Source of the DNA: a virus
Lineage: Duplodnaviria; Caudoviricetes
Strand: one strand, 5' to 3'
DNA length: 58,776 bases
Virus record (IMG/VR): IMGVR_UViG_3300046167_000328
Location: 1-58,776 of that record
Below the pieces are notes generated by a model. It had not been told where the DNA came from. It did no database searches and saw only the letters and a program-made list of their open reading frames with translations. Made by a program: the position numbers and the translations under genes. Below are positions 44,897-54,462 of this stretch, piece after piece (positions within the stretch are counted from its first letter, which is position 1; each line of letters begins with the position of its first letter).

Positions 44897-46615
44897 CTAG
44901 CCATCACAAGCTAGACAATCTTCATTCATAGCTTGCTGAGCTATATCACCGCGTAAAACAGATTCAGTTCTAGTATAATACAAGGTTTTAACGCCTTTTT
45001 TCCAAGCATCAAAATGAACTTTGTTTAACCACTTAGGCGTAGCCTCGGATGGAAAAGCTAGATTCAAACTAACTGACTGATCTATATACTGTTGTCTCAG
45101 ACCCGCTTGATTAACTAACTCTAATTGATTAATTTCTTTAAAAGTTTTAAAAACCTCCTTAGCAGGTATGTCATGTAGTAAAGTAACATTATCGAGAGCA
45201 TCGATACCCTGTACACTACCTCCGTCAGCCAATATTTTATCCCATGTTTCATTGTTGTTTATTTTAAGCTTTCTTAACAATTTAACTAGCGTCGGGTTTT
45301 TCCTAATGAAAGTCCCCTTCGCACTCTGCTCTGTAAAAACATTCGCGGCCCAAGGCTCAATACCTGGACTAACATTACCGCTAAGCTTGCTATTACTGAC
45401 AGTAGGAGCGATAGCCCTAAGATGAGTGTTACGCATACCCGTACCAACACACCAAAGAGGTTCACCATAAATTTCAGCAAGATCCCTAGAGGCTCTTTCA
45501 CTTTCGATCTTAATCTGGCTAAATATTTTCCTTGTTTCAAACTGAGCAAGTAAACCTTCAAAAGGAATGCTCTTTTCTTGGAGATATGTGTGCCATCCGA
45601 GTACACCCAAACCGAGTGCTCGTCCTTTTTGAGCAGAACGAATGGCATTTTCAAAACCTCTAAGTCCTTTTGCTCTTTGAATAAACTCCTCCATAACGCC
45701 GTCAAGAAACCACGTGGCGTCGTATATAAGGTTAGTGTCTTTCCATTCTTCATATTTTGCTAAATTTAATGATGACAAACAGCAAACAAAACTGTGATTC
45801 TCATCTGTTGTTAATGTTATTTCAGAACATATATTAGTCATATGCACCTTTAATCCGTTGTCTTTATATGCTTCTGGATTTGCTTTGTTAACATTTCCTT
45901 TAAACATAATATACGGTTCTCCAGTTGCTTTTCGTTTTCTAAGTAGTTTACTCCATCTAGATCTTGCGTCCTTATCTCCTTGTTCAAGCTTACGCATAAA
46001 CTTGTCACCAATAACTGCGCACTGATGAAGATTAAGCGATTGTCTGTTAACATCCCCTTTAGGTTCCCTGATTTCAAGCCACTCCTCGAAGTCATCATGT
46101 TCAATGTTGATATTAACTGAGGCAGCTCCACGACGGACACTCCCTTGATTAGTTGCAAGAATTGTTGAGTCATATATCTTGCAGAAAGGTACGACTCCGT
46201 CTGATGTTCCATTACCTGTAATTCTAGCGCCGGCGGGTCTGATTTGATTTATACCGATACCTACTCCACCGCCATGCTTAGCGAGTAGCATCATCTCTAG
46301 ATTTTTTTGTCCTATGTCTTGTATAGAGTCAGCAACGTCGATACCAAAGCAACTAATAGGAAGACCGCGATCTGTACCAGTATTGGAAAGGACAGGAGAA
46401 GCAAGACAAAGCCAACCATTCCAAATATAATTAAAAAAGGTTTCAGCCATCTCCGGCTTATAAAGTCTACGAGCAACTGTTTTAGCGACTCTTTGGTATG
46501 CCTCTCTAGGCGTTTCTCCGTCAAGTAAATATCCCCCGGATATTGTCTTCTTGTATACGTCCGTATTACCCCACGTAGGGTAATCTTCTCCTTTGATCCA
46601 TTCATTGTTCCACAT
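44897..46615 (-). CDS. nrdA: Ribonucleotide reductase class Ia alpha subunit (compact, no ATP cone evident)
   Basis: PISCF, TNICSEI, APTVSNS, YIDQSVSLN, KTLYY, C-terminal CLAC. Confidence 0.95.
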   Translation of the reverse strand: MWNNEWIKGEDYPTWGNTDVYKKTISGGYLLDGETPREAYQRVAKTVARRLYKPEMAETFFNYIWNGWLCLASPVLSNTGTDRGLPISCFGIDVADSIQDIGQKNLEMMLLAKHGGGVGIGINQIRPAGARITGNGTSDGVVPFCKIYDSTILATNQGSVRRGAASVNINIEHDDFEEWLEIREPKGDVNRQSLNLHQCAVIGDKFMRKLEQGDKDARSRWSKLLRKRKATGEPYIMFKGNVNKANPEAYKDNGLKVHMTNICSEITLTTDENHSFVCCLSSLNLAKYEEWKDTNLIYDATWFLDGVMEEFIQRAKGLRGFENAIRSAQKGRALGLGVLGWHTYLQEKSIPFEGLLAQFETRKIFSQIKIESERASRDLAEIYGEPLWCVGTGMRNTHLRAIAPTVSNSKLSGNVSPGIEPWAANVFTEQSAKGTFIRKNPTLVKLLRKLKINNNETWDKILADGGSVQGIDALDNVTLLHDIPAKEVFKTFKEINQLELVNQAGLRQQYIDQSVSLNLAFPSEATPKWLNKVHFDAWKKGVKTLYYTRTESVLRGDIAQQAMNEDCLACDG

Positions 46616-46893
46616 TATGTTAAATATAATATTATGTAAGCTATTGCTACGTTTAAATTAACTGCAACTAAATTCCACTGCTTAGCTACAAATACTTGTG
46701 GTATTGATATTACACCTGCTATTACATATGTAATCATACCTACTTTATCGGGTAGTAAATGAGGACTCATCATCATAAATGAAGTCCCCATATATCCTAG
46801 TCTACTCGAAAGTCTTTCCACTGGTGTCAGCTTCTTCTGTCTCACCAGATTCTGCAGCCACTTTTTCTTTAAGCTTTTCGATAGCTTGTTCAT
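46615..46893 (-). CDS. Small 3-TM membrane protein (start uncertain)
   Basis: Hydrophobic helices with SIPQV. Confidence 0.55.
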   Translation of the reverse strand: MNKLSKSLKKKWLQNLVRQKKLTPVERLSSRLGYMGTSFMMMSPHLLPDKVGMITYVIAGVISIPQVFVAKQWNLVAVNLNVAIAYIILYLT

Positions 46894-47041
46894 AACCTTC
46901 CATATTTTTAATTGTTTCTAATGTACCTATTGATAGATCTTTTAAATGAGATAATTCATTTATAACTTGCTGAATAACATTAGTTGCAGCAGCCATACGT
47001 TTCTCTAAGTTATCTAGCCTACTCTGTTTTTGTCCGTTCAT
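46802..47041 (-). CDS. Hypothetical coiled-coil protein
   Basis: 79-aa ORF after nrdB. Confidence 0.65.
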   Translation of the reverse strand: MNGQKQSRLDNLEKRMAAATNVIQQVINELSHLKDLSIGTLETIKNMEGYEQAIEKLKEKVAAESGETEEADTSGKTFE

Positions 47042-47079
47042 ATAATTGTTTTTCTATTTCTTTTTGTGTTATATCTAAA

Positions 47080-48048
47080 TTACCATATGTCTTCAAAGTC
47101 TTCTCCTTCGTTAGCTTTTGAATAATCCGTTGGCCTAATAGCGAAAAAATCAGTATGAGTGACGCCCCCGGTAAGATGATAAAACCAATCAAGATTACTC
47201 GCCGCCTTACTGTCATATGCGAAGTAGTTACCCAAATCGACGTAACCAAGTTCAACAAGTTTTTCATTTGCTCTCTTTTTTATAAAATGCTTTAAATCAT
47301 TCGCTGCAATGCCTTCAATGTCACCCATCTCAAACATCTTATTAATATACTTCGTCTCTAAAGATACCATCGTTTCAGCAGCTTTTATAACGTCTTCTCT
47401 ACATAAATGTAACAGTTGATCGTCTTCTTCACACATATGTCTGAACAATCTACAACCCATTTTACTATGCAAAGATTCATCTCTTACTGACCACTTCATC
47501 TGTTGCCCAATACCTTTAAGCAGGTTTCTAAGCTGAAAAGAATAAAGTACCGCAAAAGCAGAATATAAAGAAACTCCTTCGGCAAATGCAGAAAATACAG
47601 CAAGAGACTTAGCAATACCAGTTCTACTGTTGCCAGTATAAGATACAAGATTATCAAATCTATCTGCTGTAGCAGGCTCGTGTAAAAACGCTTCATAGTC
47701 TTCTAGTTTTAAAGTCTCATTCAAATAGCTATAAGCAACCGCATGTATTGTCTCTTGCGAGCCAAACATCATTGCCATTTGCTGGATCTCGTGTTTCGGA
47801 AACCATCCAACAACTTTCTGAGTCCAATAGTCGGACACTGCGCATTCTGTCTGAGCAAACCCAAGTAGAATGTTTCCGACGAGGTGTTTTTCTTTTTCTG
47901 TAAGTTTTTCATTCCAATCTTTTATATCGCTTTGCATTGAGATCTCTGTATGTAACCAAAATGCTTGTGCTTGTTTTAACCAACCCTCAGTATAATACTC
48001 AGGATATTCAAACGGCTTATACGCTATGCGCTCATCAAATAATCCCAT
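47080..48048 (-). CDS. nrdB: Ribonucleotide reductase class Ia beta subunit
   Basis: FWLHTEI, QETIHAVAYS, AEGVSLYSAF, VRDESLH, TDFF. Confidence 0.95.
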   Translation of the reverse strand: MGLFDERIAYKPFEYPEYYTEGWLKQAQAFWLHTEISMQSDIKDWNEKLTEKEKHLVGNILLGFAQTECAVSDYWTQKVVGWFPKHEIQQMAMMFGSQETIHAVAYSYLNETLKLEDYEAFLHEPATADRFDNLVSYTGNSRTGIAKSLAVFSAFAEGVSLYSAFAVLYSFQLRNLLKGIGQQMKWSVRDESLHSKMGCRLFRHMCEEDDQLLHLCREDVIKAAETMVSLETKYINKMFEMGDIEGIAANDLKHFIKKRANEKLVELGYVDLGNYFAYDSKAASNLDWFYHLTGGVTHTDFFAIRPTDYSKANEGEDFEDIW

Positions 48049-48200
48049 TATTTAAATACTTTTAATGATACATCAAAAAACGGTATATAAAGTACGTGTA
48101 TTGAGAAATCCTCTTCTACATAAGATCTAAATCCTAGTAGTACCCCTGGATAAAAGCCAAATTCCATTATCCAAGCCGTTTCGTTTTCGTTTTCTTTCAT
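48048..48200 (-). CDS. Small hypothetical protein (not in ORF track)
   Basis: MKENENETAWIMEFGFYPGVLLGFRSY...; coupled to the nrdB start. Confidence 0.65.
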   Translation of the reverse strand: MKENENETAWIMEFGFYPGVLLGFRSYVEEDFSIHVLYIPFFDVSLKVFK

Positions 48201-48367
48201 GTGCATATAATATTATATCTTTTATGTAATTGTTCTATATCTATTGATCTTACTCTGCCTCTTACTTCCCAGCTCCATTTAACCCATTTGTCAATTTGTC
48301 GCTCGGCATACTTTTGTTTAGCTATCCTTTTTGCTTCGAAAGGATTAACCTTACTGTCTCGTCGCAT
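48197..48367 (-). CDS. Small hypothetical protein (not in ORF track)
   Basis: MRRDSKVNPFEAKRIAKQKYAERQIDKWVKWSW...; ATGA overlap downstream. Confidence 0.55.
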   Translation of the reverse strand: MRRDSKVNPFEAKRIAKQKYAERQIDKWVKWSWEVRGRVRSIDIEQLHKRYNIICT

Positions 48368-48780
48368 TCTTTTTGATTTTGAGGTTTATATAATGTATGT
48401 CCAGGAAACTGTTTAGACACTAATAATTTAAACATTTTCCAACGCATCGGAAATGATTCATTGGCTCTACCTTTAGTTTCAATTATAAAATCATCGCCTA
48501 TGAAATCTGGCGTGTACTTAATAGGTAGTATTCTTTTACAACCCCTATTTTTATAATCACCTTTGCCATTGGCTTGCCTTTCATAAACTTCATTTTCAAA
48601 ATGAAAACCGCTTAGTAAAACAAATGTTTCTCCTTCGTACTTTGTTTTTATTCTAGCTTTACGTAAAGCAATATACATATACTTTTCAAGCCCGGAAGCA
48701 AAGTCGATACCATCATATGATATCTTCTTTGCTCTTACTGGACCACGTTTACCGCTTTTTCGTTTATAAGTTTTCTTCAT
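48322..48780 (-). CDS. PD-(D/E)xK endonuclease, T7 endonuclease I-like resolvase
   Basis: FASGLE...YE...YTPDF...IIETKG. Confidence 0.8.
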   Translation of the reverse strand: MKKTYKRKSGKRGPVRAKKISYDGIDFASGLEKYMYIALRKARIKTKYEGETFVLLSGFHFENEVYERQANGKGDYKNRGCKRILPIKYTPDFIGDDFIIETKGRANESFPMRWKMFKLLVSKQFPGHTLYKPQNQKECDETVRLILSKQKG

Positions 48781-49057
48781 AATGTTTACCAGTGTTACCG
48801 TTTTGACCTATAATATCCATGCGGTTAATCATAACCTCTTCTATTTCATCAGTCAAACAACGTCTCGCAGCTTCAATATATAATAAAGCATCCATTAACT
48901 CTTCTTGAACATCAACTAAAAACCTGTCAAGATCTTTTTCCTGACCCTCTATCTCTTGCATCATTGTAGCGCCATACTTTTTTTGACCTACCAAACTACG
49001 CTGATCCATTTTAGCTAGTACTTTTTGAACTATCTTGTCTTCTGTTTTTATTCTCAT
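48764..49057 (-). CDS. All-alpha NTP pyrophosphohydrolase-like protein
   Basis: RSLVGQKKYG...VQEELMDALLYIE. Confidence 0.6.
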   Translation of the reverse strand: MRIKTEDKIVQKVLAKMDQRSLVGQKKYGATMMQEIEGQEKDLDRFLVDVQEELMDALLYIEAARRCLTDEIEEVMINRMDIIGQNGNTGKHYEENL

Positions 49058-49846
49058 TACAGTGTCTGTTTTACAAATGTTCCATTAACCATTTTACCTT
49101 GCCTAGATTTTATAACATCATAAGCGCTGCTTATGCAGTCTTCTATATTGTGACCTCTTAGCTTAGCTAGATTAGTTAAAACAACAACCATATCACCAAT
49201 AGCGTCAATTACTTCAGGCTCGTCGTTTTTTAATATAGCCTGAGCAAGTTCACCAGCTTCTTCCATAAGTTTTACAAACTGAGTTCTAGCATCACCCGAC
49301 TTGTATATTCCTTTGTCAGTAGCCCACTCTCTTATTAGCTCAAACTGGTCTTGATAAGAGTACAATTTCTCTGGATATGTAGAGTTAGGTTGTATCTTTT
49401 GGACTAAAAAAGGCTTCATAAAAAGCCTTGTTGTAAATATAGCTTCGATTGTCGTTGTACATCGAGGTAATTGCATTTTTAGTTATCCAAGGTATATTAT
49501 CTTTCGTTATTTCAAAATCATAACCTTGTGGTGTTTTCCATTTTAACCCTATGTTATCCATAAGATGTCCTTTTAATTTATTAACTGGAACTGGAAATGT
49601 ACTTGTTTGTTCTGTTGGATTAATTTTCATATTTAATTTGAATAGATTTTTATAAAGTGTTCTATCTTTCTTATAGCCATAAGACTGTTGAAGCTCTATT
49701 TCGCGGTTAGATACATAATCTATATCTTCTGACTGCTCAAGAACTTCATACTCACCCTCCTTATAGCCTTGCATAAGGGTAACTCTTTTATTAAGATTAC
49801 GTGTAACCCCTATCTTTTTACCTGGTATGTGGTATAAATAATACAT
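49057..49846 (-). CDS. GIY-YIG-like N-terminus (49846-49385) plus MazG-like pyrophosphatase (to 49057), probably one gene with a +1 frameshift
   Basis: MYYLYHIPGKKIGVTRNLNKRV; KLMEEAGELAQA...DAIGDMVVVL; frames join at TTTTTT or AAAA near 49397-49412. Confidence 0.6.
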
Positions 49847-49850
49847 ATTT

Positions 49851-50492
49851 TTATAGTTTATTGTTATACAGGTGCATGTTATGAGCGTGGTGGTAATACC
49901 AACCCGTCTCGATATGTAACATATCTGCAACCATTTCCTGCAATGATGCAAATTGATACTGATCATTACAGAAACCGTACCAGACGTCATTAGAACGCAT
50001 ATAGACAGACATACAAAGCTTATCGTTTATTATACTGAACTGTACCGCGTAGGTACAAGGAGTATCTTTGTCATATCTATCATGTTCTTTTGCGTCGTAT
50101 ATACTTATAGCAGCGTGCCTAGTATCTGGATTATCTCTTAGCTTATTAACTACATGACCCAATTGGTTATTTCTTTGCCATTGATAACCATAGTTAGAAT
50201 TAACTTGACCATATTTATCAGCCATACGTTCCCATATTGGTGGTACTTTACCATATAGCTCAGCTAGTTTATCAACACTAGGATCACCAGATAAATACCA
50301 AGCCCATTCAGCTGCGGCATACTTTTTATTCCACTTACGCTCAGCATTTGTTATTACCTTGTCTGAAGGATTGTCTATATAAAAACCACAATTGAATATA
50401 GCCTTTGTATCACCAAAGTCAATACCTTTTTGTAGTATTTCATCTATAATACCTTCATATGCTTCATTAGCGTTATTAAATCTTTTTTTCAT
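49851..50492 (-). CDS. Thymidylate synthase-fold enzyme with dCMP hydroxymethylase-type signature
   Basis: PPIW...VNSNYG, PCT, MRSNDVWYGFCND. Confidence 0.85.
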   Translation of the reverse strand: MKKRFNNANEAYEGIIDEILQKGIDFGDTKAIFNCGFYIDNPSDKVITNAERKWNKKYAAAEWAWYLSGDPSVDKLAELYGKVPPIWERMADKYGQVNSNYGYQWQRNNQLGHVVNKLRDNPDTRHAAISIYDAKEHDRYDKDTPCTYAVQFSIINDKLCMSVYMRSNDVWYGFCNDQYQFASLQEMVADMLHIETGWYYHHAHNMHLYNNKL

Positions 50493-50730
50493 ACTTGTCT
50501 TTATAATATTTATAGTATTCGTATATCTTCACCCATATATCTACTTTCTTATATTCTTTAGGATCTGTGTTTGATACACCGTTATTTAACACCTCTATAG
50601 TCCATTTAGCTTCTCTTATAGCTACAGGTGAAATATATATTTTATTTTTTATACACCATCTCATAGCTTCAGTATCTTCTTTAGTGGGAGTATATTCACC
50701 CATGTCCCATGGAGACTTTCTTTTAGCCAT
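50476..50730 (-). CDS. Hypothetical protein
   Basis: 84-aa ORF directly after the primase-helicase. Confidence 0.7.
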   Translation of the reverse strand: MAKRKSPWDMGEYTPTKEDTEAMRWCIKNKIYISPVAIREAKWTIEVLNNGVSNTDPKEYKKVDIWVKIYEYYKYYKDKYEKKI

Positions 50731-52452
50731 TTATTCCCAAGGCATTTTTTCAGTTGATACATCTAAAGGTTCATGAGGAAGGAAACAACCTGATCTTGGC
50801 TCCCATTTAAAATGTGCTTCAGCTCCGTTCTCACCGAGGTTTTGAAACTTTATTTTAAGTACCTTAGCTTTAACTGTTTTGTTCTCATAATCCCTATGTA
50901 CTAACAAACCGTGATAAGAAGCATCGTACCATTCACCACCACCTTTAATGTTATACATTGTAGGCTCTTCAATCTTACCATCTTTGTCTTTATACATCTT
51001 TGTTGGATGCGCTACAATAAATACAAGTACGTCAAACTTTTTAGCAAATGTTTCTATCTTAGTTAGATATTCCATTGTGTAACGGTTAACATCTTCAGTC
51101 TTACAGTCTACGTCTCTAACTTTATTAAATGGATCTATAACTAGGCATTTAATACCTTTACGTTTAACTAGCTCAGCAGCTTTTTTAAGCACTGACTCTA
51201 AGGTATAACGTTCCATGTCAATGTGAAAGTAATTACTATTACAATGATCTGCTATTTGATTCCATTTATCTCCACCGATATCTTCTTTAGTTGGCATACC
51301 TTGCCAAGTCTTACGCATTAGTTTATGAGCGTGTAGATATGTCGGTACATTCTCTGGAGATGCGAAAGCTGTTTTCCAACCGTAGTTTGCGTTATAACCA
51401 ACAACCATTTGATCCACGAAATCCGACTTACCTGAAGAAGGTATTCCAGTGACAGTAATAAATTGACCAGTATACGTAGAAAATATATCATCAAAGTTCT
51501 GTAAACCAATTTGAAAGCCAGGCTTAAAACCATTACGAACAAAGTCAGTGACTTCATCCTCGATATCTCTGAACGTAGTAACGTTTTCAAGAGGTACAGG
51601 CCTTGCGCCAGTGATTCTTTCTGTAAGTTTTTCTGCTCCATATTTCTGCAAGTATTCATTTGCATCTTTACAATCTTCAAATGTTGATAGAAAACAAACT
51701 TCTGATCCTAGCCTTCTAACTAACTCTGTCTGTAATGCCTGTCCAGCTTCGTCTGAATCTACGGCTAAAATAATCTTTTCTTTGTCTTCGAAATAATCTA
51801 TGCAATTGTCTAAGTAATCTAAATTGTTAGTATTAAGTGTTGCTCCATTAGGAACTGATATAGCGTTTGTAATACCTGCTTCATGTAAAGCTAACACATC
51901 CATTTCGCCTTCAACTATAACACAATATTCATAGCCTACTATACTGTCTATATTATAGAATACTTTCTCAGCACCCTTATATAATTTAAAGTTCTTTCTT
52001 CCATCTCGGTATTTAATATTAGTTAATTCACCGCCCATAAAATAATTGAACTTTATTACATTCTCGGTCTTACCGGTCTGTGGCATCCACTCAGGACCCT
52101 CACTGATTTCTAAATCAATAAGAGTCTGAGCTGATATACCTCTTGTTTTAAACCATTCAATAACCTTATCACTAACAAACTCAGGTTTATCTTTATCTGT
52201 TTTGACTTCAGGTTTTACATATACTTTCTCAGCAGAACCTTTACGCTGATAAGTATGTAGTTGAAATGATTTGTTACAGTTGTGACAAGTACCGAGACCC
52301 CGTTCCCAATCATAAGAAGCGCATTTTGCTTTTTGATTCTTGGGTTTCCTATTGTGAGAGCACAAAGGGCATATACCCTGTTTTTTACCCTCTTCTAGGC
52401 CATGCTGATTGAACGTGTCAATCGCAAATCCATTGATCTCTGTTGTCTGCAT
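50731..52452 (-). CDS. T7 gp4/Twinkle-like primase-helicase
   Basis: Zn finger CPLC...CHNC, TOPRIM IVEGEMD and DSDEAG, KDANE, Walker A GIPSSGKS, VIDP, VAHP. Confidence 0.95.
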   Translation of the reverse strand: MQTTEINGFAIDTFNQHGLEEGKKQGICPLCSHNRKPKNQKAKCASYDWERGLGTCHNCNKSFQLHTYQRKGSAEKVYVKPEVKTDKDKPEFVSDKVIEWFKTRGISAQTLIDLEISEGPEWMPQTGKTENVIKFNYFMGGELTNIKYRDGRKNFKLYKGAEKVFYNIDSIVGYEYCVIVEGEMDVLALHEAGITNAISVPNGATLNTNNLDYLDNCIDYFEDKEKIILAVDSDEAGQALQTELVRRLGSEVCFLSTFEDCKDANEYLQKYGAEKLTERITGARPVPLENVTTFRDIEDEVTDFVRNGFKPGFQIGLQNFDDIFSTYTGQFITVTGIPSSGKSDFVDQMVVGYNANYGWKTAFASPENVPTYLHAHKLMRKTWQGMPTKEDIGGDKWNQIADHCNSNYFHIDMERYTLESVLKKAAELVKRKGIKCLVIDPFNKVRDVDCKTEDVNRYTMEYLTKIETFAKKFDVLVFIVAHPTKMYKDKDGKIEEPTMYNIKGGGEWYDASYHGLLVHRDYENKTVKAKVLKIKFQNLGENGAEAHFKWEPRSGCFLPHEPLDVSTEKMPWE

Positions 52453-52469
52453 TTAATTTAATTTAATTA

Positions 52470-52583
52470 TTACCACTTTTCTTCGTCCCTGCAGTCAGGG
52501 CATATATCACAGAAAGCATATTCACTTTCTGACATACTAGCATGACACATTTGACACGCTATCTCTCCGTTATTCCTATACAT
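52470..52583 (-). CDS. 37-aa Cys-rich zinc-finger peptide (not in ORF track)
   Basis: CQMC...CDICPDC; coupled to the upstream stop. Confidence 0.6.
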   Translation of the reverse strand: MYRNNGEIACQMCHASMSESEYAFCDICPDCRDEEKW

Positions 52584-52894
52584 TAGAACGGAAGGTCATC
52601 TGCTTGAGGTGTTAGTGATTGAGCAGCTTGCTGAGGTTGATCGTCTCTAGGTGCTGTAGCTACATTATCTCCATTAGTCCATACTACTTGTACATTACCT
52701 AAGTAAGTCTTAGCTGTTTTAGCTTCTCTCTCTTCTTTTGATTGAGCTACTACTATAGGTCCTTGGTTACCGAACTGATCAGGTTCATCGTTTAATGTAA
52801 TGGTAATCGGTAAGTATTTACCTTTTTTACCTTCAATGATCTTTGTCTTATCAATGTTATTAAGATTGATACTTGCTTTAATAATACTAGCCAT
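52583..52894 (-). CDS. Single-stranded DNA-binding protein-like
   Basis: Beta-rich N-terminus, Q-rich linker, acidic DDLPF tail. Confidence 0.7.
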   Translation of the reverse strand: MASIIKASINLNNIDKTKIIEGKKGKYLPITITLNDEPDQFGNQGPIVVAQSKEEREAKTAKTYLGNVQVVWTNGDNVATAPRDDQPQQAAQSLTPQADDLPF

Positions 52895-52896
52895 AA

Positions 52897-53064
52897 TTAG
52901 TACGCTGTTAATTGGTTAAACATTCTTGTTAATTGTTGTTTAGTTGCTCCTGTAGTTCTTCTTAAGTTGTCTACAGCTTTCACGTGTGTTTGCTTTGAAT
53001 AAAAGTTTTCAGGACTTGTTTTTAATCCTGTTACAGTACACGTTTTTTTAACTGATCTTCTCAT
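52897..53064 (-). CDS. Small hypothetical protein (not in ORF track)
   Basis: MRRSVKKTCTVTG...; directly downstream of motif copy 8. Confidence 0.65.
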   Translation of the reverse strand: MRRSVKKTCTVTGLKTSPENFYSKQTHVKAVDNLRRTTGATKQQLTRMFNQLTAY

Positions 53065-53089
53065 AATTTAAATTGATTTAATTGTTATT

Positions 53090-53123
53090 AATATAATCCG
53101 TAGTTAATCGTATTTTTTTTGTA
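53090..53123 (-). promoter_or_regulatory. Early promoter-like motif, copy 8
   Basis: + strand aatataatc-N9-tcgtatt-N5-tgta. Confidence 0.75.
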
Positions 53124-53126
53124 AAA

Positions 53127-53867
53127 CTACAGAGTTTTTGTTATACAGTATTGAGCTGGGTTAAAATCTTCATTTTTATAAAATAACCTATATTGCTCTA
53201 TAGCTTGCTCAACTTTATCTTTACCTCTTTGTAAGAACTGAGGAGAGCAATCGAATATACCTATTTGACCATTTGTTTTGTCAATAGCTATAAATACCAT
53301 ATCCATGTTAAAATAGCTAGAGTATATGTAAGCTTGGCTATCGTAATTGTATTCTTTTGCTGAATAAGAAAACTTTTCTAAATTAGATGTAGTTTTTAAA
53401 TCTACTACTAACTGTTGAGTGTTATTTACAATATCTGCTTTCAACTTCCACCATTCACCACCTAGTTCTAATACTCCAGGTATTTCATATTCAACATCGA
53501 TATCTTGTATTAATTCTCTACACATATCATTTGCCATTAACTTATCTCTTAGTACTTGAAGCTCATCAGCTTCTTTCTGTAACAGACACATTTCACCTCC
53601 AGACAAGTCTTTGTATATCTTAGAGTTTCTACTAGCAGCTTCTATTATTTTATACTGTTCTAGTTTATCTGGCTCGAGAACTAACGTATGAAAGTAACCT
53701 CCTTTTATTAAATTTGGATTACCTACAATAGGTTTTTTAAAACTCATTGGATCTCTAATTAAAGATCGTATATCTGAGTTGCTTAAATATTGTTTACCAA
53801 AGTCTCCATAATAATGCTCGTCATTGTCTAACTTTTTTAAGATCTCATTTTTTTCTTTATCTGTCAT
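53127..53867 (-). CDS. RecE/exonuclease VIII-like PD-(D/E)xK nuclease
   Basis: YLSNSDI, FHTLVLEP, KADI, VDLKTT, YDSQAYIY. Confidence 0.85.
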   Translation of the reverse strand: MTDKEKNEILKKLDNDEHYYGDFGKQYLSNSDIRSLIRDPMSFKKPIVGNPNLIKGGYFHTLVLEPDKLEQYKIIEAASRNSKIYKDLSGGEMCLLQKEADELQVLRDKLMANDMCRELIQDIDVEYEIPGVLELGGEWWKLKADIVNNTQQLVVDLKTTSNLEKFSYSAKEYNYDSQAYIYSSYFNMDMVFIAIDKTNGQIGIFDCSPQFLQRGKDKVEQAIEQYRLFYKNEDFNPAQYCITKTL

Positions 53868-54388
53868 AAGGTTTTTAAGGTTGCAGCAGGTATTTCGTAT
53901 TTACTTTTAATAGCGTCTAAACTTCCTCCTGCCTTTAAGAAAGCTTTAGCTTTTTCTAATGCTTGACCTTGTAATTTAGGTTTAGCTTTAGGTGTTTTAC
54001 CGTGACTATTTACGGCATCACTGTCTTGAGTATCATCAATTAGAAATAAATTTCCAAGAGCATACTTTTTTCCATAACTGGAGGCACTACCAAACTTCTG
54101 TGGCATTTGCATACCTTTCTGATCAAGATCAATACCGACAACAGCAGTCGCGTGTATAGCATCTTTGCCATCAGTCACAGTTGCTTTAGACTCTAATATA
54201 GGAAATGGATCCGTAGATATTAATGTCTCGCTAATTGTAACTGATACTCCTAACTCTAATAGATAAGGTTTTGTTGCTTCAAGGATGTCTTCGGCTGATC
54301 TGAAGTTGTATTTACCGAAGGAGTTAAATCTAGATTTTTTAGATTTAAACTTTGTTTGGATAGTAGCTAATTTTTCGTTTAGTATCAT
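53864..54388 (-). CDS. erf: ERF-family ssDNA annealing protein
   Basis: FNSFGKYNFRSAEDILEA.KP and Q.FGSASSYGKKYALGNLFLIDDTQDSD. Confidence 0.9.
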   Translation of the reverse strand: MILNEKLATIQTKFKSKKSRFNSFGKYNFRSAEDILEATKPYLLELGVSVTISETLISTDPFPILESKATVTDGKDAIHATAVVGIDLDQKGMQMPQKFGSASSYGKKYALGNLFLIDDTQDSDAVNSHGKTPKAKPKLQGQALEKAKAFLKAGGSLDAIKSKYEIPAATLKTL

Positions 54389-54462
54389 TCGTTTGTTTTT
54401 AAATTGCTTATTATTATAATTACATGTTTAGATTAAGTTTTACGTACTGTTTTGCACTTAAC

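Noticed and set aside
49847-49990. N-terminal extension of the 201-aa ORF in the track
   Set aside because: It overlaps the TS-like gene in another frame; ATG 49846, just after that gene's stop, is the plausible start
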